The notes under the pieces: model-generated
The model's input: only the letters and a program-made list of their open reading frames with translations
What the model was told of the DNA's origin: nothing
The model's database searches: none
In this document: positions 57,122-64,000 of the stretch, in pieces
Position numbering within the stretch: the stretch's first letter is position 1
Layout: every line of letters begins with the position of its first letter
IMG/VR virus record: IMGVR_UViG_3300023257_000007
Location: 186,001-250,000 of that record
DNA: 64,000 nucleotides
Direction: 5' to 3' (one strand)
Made by a program: the position numbers and the translations under genes

Positions 57122-57345
57122 AAATTACCTACAGATGATGAAGAGATTGAATTTTTGAAAAAATATATTGAAAAAATATATTAATATGAACGAAATAATT
57201 GTATTTTTTATCAAACCCATGGTCTTTAACATCGATTGTTTGTATAATCTTGATTGCCAAATCTAAGATTTAACAATATATTGTTTTCAGTATGTTTAGG
57301 AGTACATATTATTAACTGTAAGTATTAATTATAAAGGATTTGAGT

Positions 57346-57511
57346 ATGAAAAAAACAAGTAAAATGAGGATTGCAATAAAAATAAAATCACCTAAAAAGT
57401 TACATGAAGTATGGTCAGAAATGGATGGTAAGATATCCTAATGATAGAGAAACCATTATTGTAGATTTGGATAACAATGATTTAGATTCTAATAAATTAG
57501 GATTATTATAA
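57346..57511 (+). pseudogene. Internally deleted subfamily F tag gene
   Basis: MRIAIKIKS..KL..VW in one frame, LDSNKLGLL in another. Confidence 0.6.
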
Positions 57512-57792
57512 TGTTGTATTATATAAAAGTAAAGGAAGATATGGATATCAGTCGAATAACCGATGTTGTTCCATGGTATAATAATGAGGGTTTAACTTTT
57601 GTAAAATTTGTTAATTGTTATTGTATTGGTTTTTATGATTATTATAATTATTTTGATAATAATGTATCTAGAAAATTATTTTGGTATTCGTATTTTCATA
57701 TGAAAAATGTAATAATTGAGAGAAAGAAAAAGTGTAAAGACATTGATGAATTTTTAAGTTATTACGAAGGATGTAAAATGGGATTGCTGTAA
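57511..57792 (+). CDS. KMGLL-tag protein, subfamily G
   Basis: YYIKVKE, CKDIDEF; ends YEGCKMGLL. Confidence 0.8.
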   Translation: MLYYIKVKEDMDISRITDVVPWYNNEGLTFVKFVNCYCIGFYDYYNYFDNNVSRKLFWYSYFHMKNVIIERKKKCKDIDEFLSYYEGCKMGLL

Positions 57793-57793
57793 A

Positions 57794-57849
57794 TGGAGGA
57801 ATTAATTCCACGAACCTATCCAGGAATTAGTTACGTTAGAATTATTGAA
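57794..57849 (+). repeat. ~55-bp direct repeat, copy 1 (copy 2 at 59402..59453)
   Basis: TGGAGGAATT[AATT]CCACGAACCTATCCAGGAATTA[GA]TTACGTTAGAATTATTGAA. Confidence 0.9.
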
Positions 57850-57850
57850 T

Positions 57851-58183
57851 ATGAAATATGCGATAGAAATAAATAATATATCAGAGGGTGCGAAATTATT
57901 TGATATTATAGATATAGATTTGGGAAGAATAAAAGGTTTTATAGGTGATAGATATTCTTCAGATAAGGAGATATGGATAGATTTTTTAAAGTTAAGGATT
58001 AATCATTATAATCATTTTAATTCTGTAATAGTTTGTTTTTATGAAGGATTAATTTTTGAAAAGTATATTTATGGTGGTCATATATTTCACAATGTATTGG
58101 GTGATAATTATATAGAATTAAATTGTAATGATATGGATTATATTAAATTATTTTTTGAAGCTAATAAAATGGGATTGTTATGA
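57851..58183 (+). CDS. KMGLL-tag family protein
   Basis: Ends FEANKMGLL. Confidence 0.8.
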   Translation: MKYAIEINNISEGAKLFDIIDIDLGRIKGFIGDRYSSDKEIWIDFLKLRINHYNHFNSVIVCFYEGLIFEKYIYGGHIFHNVLGDNYIELNCNDMDYIKLFFEANKMGLL

Positions 58184-58399
58184 TTATGAAAGAAAGTATT
58201 GAGTATGATTTTAAATTTGCTATAAAGGTGGATGATAAGTTATTAATTAAATTAGTGGTAAATCATTTATATATTTTGGGTTATAAGTGGTATGGGGGTG
58301 GTGATAGGGATGATATATTAGAGGTATGTATTAAATCTAATTATGATGTCATCCTGAATTAATGGAGGATTATGTTAGTATTAAAATGGGATTATTATG
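58180..58399 (+). pseudogene. Internally deleted subfamily C tag gene
   Basis: 5' half paralogous to 58397; jumps out of frame into ~50 nt matching the 3' end of 58693..58992. Confidence 0.75.
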
Positions 58400-58696
58400 A
58401 AAAAGTTTGAAAACACACAATTTAAATTTGCTATAAAGGTGAGTGGTATAGGATTAACTGAGTTAGTGGTAAATCATTTATATTCTTTGGGTTATGAGTG
58501 GTGTGGTGGTGATAAGTGTGAGGTAATAAATGAATGTGCAAAAAATAATGAACATGGAATTGGTGTTGAACATGGTAGGATAAGTTATAATGTTTATGAA
58601 TGGGATTGTGATAAGTGGTATGATATTGATGAATATGTTGAAAAATATGATGAATTAATGGAAGAATATATTAGTATTAAAATGGGATTATTATGA
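58397..58696 (+). CDS. KMGLL-tag protein, subfamily C
   Basis: Ends YISIKMGLL. Confidence 0.85.
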   Translation: MKKFENTQFKFAIKVSGIGLTELVVNHLYSLGYEWCGGDKCEVINECAKNNEHGIGVEHGRISYNVYEWDCDKWYDIDEYVEKYDELMEEYISIKMGLL

Positions 58697-58992
58697 AAGT
58701 TAAAAAGTGTGATTATAAATTTGCTGTAGAGGTAAGTGGTGTATTATTAACTGAGTTATTAGTAGAACATTTATATTCTTTGGGTTATGAATGGTTTAGT
58801 GGTAAGAAAATGAATATAAATGCTCTATGTGAAAGAACAGAATCAAATAAAATTGGTATTGATTATAATGGTAAGATAAGTTATAATGTTCACGAAGAGA
58901 TATGTGATGAGTGGTATGATATTGATGAATATATTGAATGTCATCCTGAATTAATGGAGGATTATGTTAGTATTAAAATGGGATTATTATAA
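58693..58992 (+). CDS. KMGLL-tag protein, subfamily C
   Basis: Ends YVSIKMGLL. Confidence 0.85.
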   Translation: MKVKKCDYKFAVEVSGVLLTELLVEHLYSLGYEWFSGKKMNINALCERTESNKIGIDYNGKISYNVHEEICDEWYDIDEYIECHPELMEDYVSIKMGLL

Positions 58993-59109
58993 TGATTATA
59001 GATAGTCAGGAAGTATTAAACAGATTTATAAAGTTTTTAGAAGAAGATCATCTTGAAGGTTATATAAAAATTGTAGAAAAATTGAGAGATAAGTTAATTA
59101 GATATTGAT

Positions 59110-59400
59110 TTGTTGATGAAATATTGTAGTGATTCTTATGGTAATAATTTTTCTTATGGTGATGATTATTTTTTAGGTATAACTGAGGAAGGTGAAGCCT
59201 TATTAAAAAAAGATAGTAGAATTCATGATGAGATTTTAGGAATTGTGGAAGAAGATGAAATTAAATTGATTTTTGTATATTTTAATAAGGGTTCAATTAT
59301 AAAATATAGTTATCTTGAAGTTTTTAATTATGGGGAGTATAAGAAGCATTTTTTAAGGAATCAGAGAAAGTTAAAGTTAGAGAGGGTTAATGGAAAATAA
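59110..59400 (+). CDS. Hypothetical protein with RKLKLERV C-terminus
   Basis: 96-aa ORF; start uncertain. Confidence 0.65.
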   Translation: MLMKYCSDSYGNNFSYGDDYFLGITEEGEALLKKDSRIHDEILGIVEEDEIKLIFVYFNKGSIIKYSYLEVFNYGEYKKHFLRNQRKLKLERVNGK

Positions 59401-59717
59401 GTGGAGGAATTCCACGAACCTATCCAGGAATTAATTACGTTAGAATTATTGAAAATTTATATAAATGTGATTTAAGTAATATAAAGAAGATATGCATTAA
59501 ATTAAATGATAGTAATATGCATGAAGTTATGAATTATTTAGGTTATTCAGCTAACATGTGTTATTATAATTATGGTTATGTGATATATTATATTGGTTTT
59601 GGTGTGTATAGATTTTGTGAAAATAATAGGTTTACTGAATTAATAAATGATTGTGAAGAATGTAATTTTGAAGAGTTTAAATTTAGTATAGAGTCAAATA
59701 AGATGGGATTGTTATAA
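59401..59717 (+). pseudogene. Subfamily G tag gene with a frameshifted 5' end
   Basis: Restoring 4 nt (AATT, as in the 57794 copy) joins GTG GAG GAA to the 59517..59717 frame ending IESNKMGLL. Confidence 0.55.
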
Positions 59718-59838
59718 AAAATAAATAATGTTAATAGTAATTTTACATAAAAACGAAGAGGAAAAGAAATTATAGATTTTTGGAAAGAAAATTTTTATTT
59801 TGAAAGTTAATGTAGTGATTATATAAAATAGAGATATT

Positions 59839-60102
59839 ATGAAAAAATATTATATAAAATTAGACTATAATAGAGATGAAATTTTTGATTATTGTATGCC
59901 TTATTTCAAGGAGGATATTATTAGTGATATTAAGATTAAAAATGATTTATTTGTATATTTAATATATTATACTCATACTGCGAATTACAATTTTTATACA
60001 AGTTTTTCTAATAAATTATTATTAGGAAGGGATTATATAATGTGTGATAATCTTGAAGAGTTTAAATTTAGTATAGAATCTAGTAGAATGGGATTGATAT
60101 AG
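59839..60102 (+). CDS. KMGLL-tag protein, subfamily G
   Basis: CDNLEEFKFSIESSRMGLI, near-identical end to 59717. Confidence 0.8.
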   Translation: MKKYYIKLDYNRDEIFDYCMPYFKEDIISDIKIKNDLFVYLIYYTHTANYNFYTSFSNKLLLGRDYIMCDNLEEFKFSIESSRMGLI

Positions 60103-60160
60103 ACATATTTTTTAAATTAAAAGAAGTTTCGTATATTATGTTAAATTAAAAAAGGAAAAA

Positions 60161-60541
60161 ATGAAATTACAATGGATAAATATATTTATAAAGTATGATG
60201 ATTTTACTTGGAAGATTTATGATGAAGTTGAGTTTTATTTTAAATCTAAATATCCTGGTATTAAATGTGTAGGTAAAAAAGAATTAAAATATGCATTAAA
60301 AGATAGATTAGAAGAAAATCATTATTTTCTAGATATTTTTGCTTTTTGTGTAGAATTTTATCCTAAAAGAGATAGATTTACAGTATATACACCAATTGGA
60401 AAAAATTTTGCTGATTATGGTTTATGTTATAATAAATATACTGAAAGTGTTACTTATTATGAATTAACTGTTGATTATGGTGAAAATTTTAAAGAAGAAA
60501 TTGAAATGTTATTAACATCAATGAATATGGGGGTTCTTTAA
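60161..60541 (+). CDS. KMGLL-tag protein, subfamily E
   Basis: Ends LTSMNMGVL. Confidence 0.8.
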   Translation: MKLQWINIFIKYDDFTWKIYDEVEFYFKSKYPGIKCVGKKELKYALKDRLEENHYFLDIFAFCVEFYPKRDRFTVYTPIGKNFADYGLCYNKYTESVTYYELTVDYGENFKEEIEMLLTSMNMGVL

Positions 60542-60912
60542 TGAAAAAATGGTTAAACATAAAAATTGACATAAATGGTGATATCATGGGCCAAATGGTT
60601 AAGATGATAAATAAAATGAAAAATTTTTATAGTCCAACTTTATCATTTGATAAACATTTAGAAGAATTGTCAGAATCTATAAAAACTATAAAAGAAAACA
60701 GAAGTTTAAAAGATGATAATTTATTTATAAGTTTCTTTTTAGAAAATAATAAGGACTTGAATTTACATGAATCAAGTTTAATGGTTGTAGATTTATGGAG
60801 TGATGATAGATGGAGGGATATCACAAATGAGATATGGATTGAGGATACTAATGTTTTTTTGGAATATGGTTTAGATGCATTATTAGATAGTATAAATATG
60901 GGGTTACTTTAG
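60541..60912 (+). CDS. KMGLL-tag family protein
   Basis: Ends LDSINMGLL. Confidence 0.8.
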   Translation: MKKWLNIKIDINGDIMGQMVKMINKMKNFYSPTLSFDKHLEELSESIKTIKENRSLKDDNLFISFFLENNKDLNLHESSLMVVDLWSDDRWRDITNEIWIEDTNVFLEYGLDALLDSINMGLL

Positions 60913-60914
60913 AT

Positions 60915-61240
60915 ATGGAATTAGATTATATAAATATACTTATAAAGTATGATGATTTTACTTGGGAGATTTATGATGAAGTGGAGTCTTATTTTTTATC
61001 GAAATACCCTGATTTAAAATTAGAAGTATTTTTGCTTTTTGTTTAGAAATTCGCCCTGATAATATTAGGAATGTATTTAGAATATACACACCACAAACAA
61101 TAAATTATGCTAAACATGGTTTAAGTTGCAATTCTTATAATGAAGATATTACTTATTATGAATTAACTGTTGATTATGGTGAAAATTTTAAAGAAGAAAT
61201 TGAAATGTTATTAATATCAATGAAATTAGGTTTATTATAA
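60915..61240 (+). pseudogene. Deleted and frameshifted duplicate of 60161..60541
   Basis: KYDDFTW.IYDEVE start and YYELTVDYGENFKEEIEMLL.SM.LGLL end match; middle segment missing. Confidence 0.8.
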
Positions 61241-61351
61241 ATTAAAAATTAGGTTGGAGGAGGCATTTAGAAGGTTCAGAGAAGCTGTTAGACTAAATTT
61301 AAAAAAAAGATAATAAAATTAATCGTCTAAAAAATTTAAAGTTATAAAATC

Positions 61352-61534
61352 ATGAATAAGTATTGTTACATAGAAAGAAATAACATTGGAGTAATTCAGA
61401 AATATACTAAACCAAGTTGGTTTAGAAAGACTTTCTTTAATGACGGATATGAATGGAGAGACTTTTGTTTATGTACCGATAAAGAATGGACGAAAGACTT
61501 TTACGAAAGATCATATAAAGATATTAAAATTTAA
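61352..61534 (+). CDS. Hypothetical protein
   Basis: 60-aa ORF. Confidence 0.6.
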   Translation: MNKYCYIERNNIGVIQKYTKPSWFRKTFFNDGYEWRDFCLCTDKEWTKDFYERSYKDIKI

Positions 61535-61642
61535 AAATCATCGAATCTATTATTGAGCCTGAAAAAATGAATCTTTTATAATAGATTGTCTAAGAATTTG
61601 TTGTAACAAATAATTAAAAAAAATGAAAATAATAAAAAAAAT

Positions 61643-61966
61643 ATGAATTATAGAAAATTTGTGCAAGAACGAATTGGTATTTTTATAGTCTTTACACAAG
61701 AAGATTATAATGAAGTTGTTAAAATCTTTGAATCTATTGGATTAACATTTAATCCATTTTCTAACTTATCATTTAATAGAGTATTTTGTATTACTTTACA
61801 AATAAATCCATGGGGTGGTAACAGAGTTTTCAGGGATTCTTATTCATATAGATCATATTATGAAAGAGAAAAAGAATATTCCAAATTTTGGGATGTAGAT
61901 AAATTAAGAGAAGAGAGTAAAGATTTACCAATAAAATATGAAGCAAGAAAGATGGGTTTATTATAA
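61643..61966 (+). CDS. KMGLL-tag family protein
   Basis: Ends YEARKMGLL. Confidence 0.8.
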   Translation: MNYRKFVQERIGIFIVFTQEDYNEVVKIFESIGLTFNPFSNLSFNRVFCITLQINPWGGNRVFRDSYSYRSYYEREKEYSKFWDVDKLREESKDLPIKYEARKMGLL

Positions 61967-62305
61967 TAGACCCATTTTGTTTCCTGTGTGATATATTTTG
62001 AATTCTTTATTATAATCAGCATATTCTTCTAGGCTTTCAAATACTGTAAAAAATGTATTAGAAGAATAATTAAATGCGATGAGGGTTTTATTATAACCAA
62101 TATAATATTCATTGTAACTATAATTGTTAATGCAATGTTCTAATATTTCTTTGTGATGGGCTTCATCTTCATTGGGTTCATCCCAGTATTTATTCAATTG
62201 ACTTCTCCAATAATTAATAAGGCTTGTTACTTCTTCCGGAGTTTTGCAGTTAACTAGGACTTTATCTGATTGTATATTTTCTAAATATGTACTAAGGTAT
62301 TTCAT
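61961..62305 (-). CDS. Dual-motif protein (MKYLSTYLE ... HTGNKMGLL)
   Basis: AATATATA upstream at 62313-20; lone reversed gene in the early region. Confidence 0.8.
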   Translation of the reverse strand: MKYLSTYLENIQSDKVLVNCKTPEEVTSLINYWRSQLNKYWDEPNEDEAHHKEILEHCINNYSYNEYYIGYNKTLIAFNYSSNTFFTVFESLEEYADYNKEFKIYHTGNKMGLL

Positions 62306-62356
62306 ATGAAGATATATATTGAATTTGTTTTTTCAAAATAAATTTTGTATTTTATA

Positions 62357-62641
62357 TTTATGAAATTTTATTATTTAGAAGTAAAAGAAAAGGATTGGAA
62401 TGAAGTTATAAACTATATAACTAAAGTTATTCCTATTTGGAATGAAAAGTTTGATATAAGTCTTCCTATTAAACATATTGGATTTTATATAGATCTAAAG
62501 AATGAATTTGGTTTAAATAATGATAATTTATTATTGTTTCGTTATCATAAATTAAATTTTAAAACTTGTGATTATATAAAGTGTAAGGATATAGAAGAAT
62601 TCTTATTTTCTTATGAATCAAGTAAGATGGGATTATTGTAA
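62357..62641 (+). CDS. KMGLL-tag protein, subfamily G
   Basis: YYLEVKE, CKDIEEF; ends YESSKMGLL. Confidence 0.8.
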   Translation, partial: FMKFYYLEVKEKDWNEVINYITKVIPIWNEKFDISLPIKHIGFYIDLKNEFGLNNDNLLLFRYHKLNFKTCDYIKCKDIEEFLFSYESSKMGLL

Positions 62642-62662
62642 CATTATTAAATAAAACAAAGA

Positions 62663-62986
62663 ATGAACATAGCTATCGAGTTATATACTAAGAAAGAGTT
62701 ATTTAAGGCATGGAAAAAGATGTTAGATTTAGGATATAATTTAGATGTTTGGCATAGAATTTACATGGAGAAGGATTATAATTGGATTGGATTTGATTAT
62801 ATAAAAAAAAGGGGTGGTCTTTATATTTATTTTGATTTAGATGAATATATAATGACTGGTTGGGATGGTTTATATAATATACACATGATTAAATATATTC
62901 CTGATGATATGGATTTTATTATCAATCATATTGATATTGATTCGATTGATTCGTGTATAGAGGGTATTAAATTAGGTTTATTATAG
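62663..62986 (+). CDS. KMGLL-tag protein, subfamily F
   Basis: Ends IEGIKLGLL. Confidence 0.8.
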   Translation: MNIAIELYTKKELFKAWKKMLDLGYNLDVWHRIYMEKDYNWIGFDYIKKRGGLYIYFDLDEYIMTGWDGLYNIHMIKYIPDDMDFIINHIDIDSIDSCIEGIKLGLL

Positions 62987-62999
62987 ATTTGAAATTATG

Positions 63000-63036
63000 A
63001 GATTTTATAGGATCTACTAAAATGGGATTAATGTAA
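63000..63036 (+). pseudogene. Orphan tag stub (DFIGSTKMGLM*)
   Basis: Only the 3' tag-coding end remains between two tagged genes. Confidence 0.5.
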
Positions 63037-63335
63037 TGAATGAACTTGTATATATTAGTGTAAATAATAAGGAACAATATGATAGAGTTATACGTATTGC
63101 TGAAAATAATGGTTTTAAAACAAGAGGTAATTCCTCTTCTTTACCTGTTAATATTTATCTTTGTATTAAGGATGCTGTTGAAGGATCTTGGTTAAAGGAT
63201 GTTATTTATTTTAGTAGTAATGATTATGATCTATATAAAACTGTATTACCAGTTAGGATAAAATGTGATTATGAGGATTTTTCAGAAGAATATTTAAAGT
63301 TTATAACAGAATCAGATAAGATGGGATTATTATAA
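63036..63335 (+). CDS. KMGLL-tag family protein
   Basis: Ends TESDKMGLL. Confidence 0.8.
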   Translation: MNELVYISVNNKEQYDRVIRIAENNGFKTRGNSSSLPVNIYLCIKDAVEGSWLKDVIYFSSNDYDLYKTVLPVRIKCDYEDFSEEYLKFITESDKMGLL

Positions 63336-63337
63336 TT

Positions 63338-63749
63338 ATGAATGAATCGAATACAATATTGTGTGCTGCTTTTTGTGGTACTGGAAAAACTTATATTTGC
63401 AATCAGAATAAGAAGGCTATTAAAATTGAATATTGGAAGTATGAAAGAAGGACTAGAAAAAGAATATGTTAGTGATATAAAAAAGCAAATTGGAAAAGTA
63501 GATTATATTTTTTTAAGTACTGACATAGAAGGTTTGAAACTATTAAAAGGTTTTAATATTGTACTTGATTACCCTGAAAATAATTTGAGAAATGAATACC
63601 TTGATAGGTTTATTGATAGAGATAGTCCTTACGATTTTATAGGGACGTTTATGAAACATTGGAATATATGGATAGATGAACTTAAAGATCAAAATTATTG
63701 TAAACATATTATATTGAAAAATGGTGAGTACTTGCAAAATATTCTCTAA
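63338..63749 (+). CDS. P-loop kinase-like NTPase with one frameshift near 63450
   Basis: MNESNTILCAAFCGTGKT (Walker A) in one frame; Y..DIKKQIGKVDYIFLS, YP....R.EY..RF..R in the track ORF frame. Confidence 0.7.
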
Positions 63750-63779
63750 ATTAAAGACTATGTTTTAAATTAAATAACA

Positions 63780-64000
63780 ATGAATGATATAGATATAAAT
63801 GTAAATGAAGATAATTATATAGAATTTGTCAATTATTTATATAGTATTAATTATATAACTAAGAATGATAATGAAAGGTTAGTTAATTGGTATACTGATG
63901 TGAATGATTATTTTCAAAAAGAATATAACTCATATGAATATAGATTATTTTTTGATCGTAAAGAATGGGATATAATAGCTTGTTGTTGTGGCGGTTCTGA
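63780..64000 (+). CDS. Hypothetical protein, 3' truncated by window edge
   Basis: Open frame from ATG 63780; family-like INV.E.NY..FV.YLYSINY start. Confidence 0.55.
   Translation, partial: MNDIDINVNEDNYIEFVNYLYSINYITKNDNERLVNWYTDVNDYFQKEYNSYEYRLFFDRKEWDIIACCCGGS

Noticed and set aside
32010-58696. Tag explained solely as an overlapped RBS/translational-coupling sequence (GGGATTATTATGA)
   Set aside because: It may contribute, but the tag persists where no downstream gene overlaps (operon ends, convergent pairs), codons vary, and the upstream helix pattern is conserved. Kept as the alternative to test.
57346-61240. Diversity-generating retroelement behind the paralog diversity
   Set aside because: No reverse transcriptase in the window, and differences between paralog pairs are not adenine-restricted.
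33383-61263. Short shared G-rich words GACCAGGGAGAA (33383, 55539) and TTAGGTTGGAGGA (33396, 61249)
   Set aside because: Only two copies each with no consistent context, so too little evidence for a function.
1-64000. Alternative genetic code (TAG/TGA recoding as in some Bacteroidota jumbo phages)
   Set aside because: Long genes are intact under code 11, TAG and TGA both end tagged genes right after the conserved motif, and no suppressor tRNA was seen.

Overview
Very AT-rich segment of a large T4-like tailed phage (standard genetic code). The host is most likely Bacteroidota, based on roughly 35-40 TAnnTTTG sigma-A promoters, a Flavobacteriia-type bS21 and three HU genes. From 1-28 kb the window holds virion genes (two paralogous tail-fibre-like proteins, a gp14-like neck domain, a gp6-like baseplate wedge), an M23 peptidase and metabolic genes (dNMP kinase, RNase HI, ThyA, two glycosyltransferases, HAD phosphatase, amidoligase, bS21), many preceded by an AATATATA late-promoter-like motif. 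An AT-rich gap at about 30.9-31.4 kb coincides with a visible GC-skew switch and is a candidate origin. From 31.4-64 kb is an almost entirely plus-strand early region with 9 tRNAs, an RNA ligase, a SprT-like protease, a hicAB relic and dozens of small ORFs. The most striking unexplained features are: (1) about 45 ORFs or relics with diverse bodies that all end in the same C-terminal tag, hydrophobic-E-[AGS]-x-K-[ML]-G-L-[LI]-stop, some also carrying a T4 capsid-targeting-like N-terminus (MK[HY]LxTYxE); (2) a five-copy, individually promoted ~55-nt structured RNA; and (3) a ~575-nt promoter-to-terminator structured non-coding RNA. All counts and alignments were made by eye and no database searches were run. 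Several single-base frameshifts could be sequencing errors.
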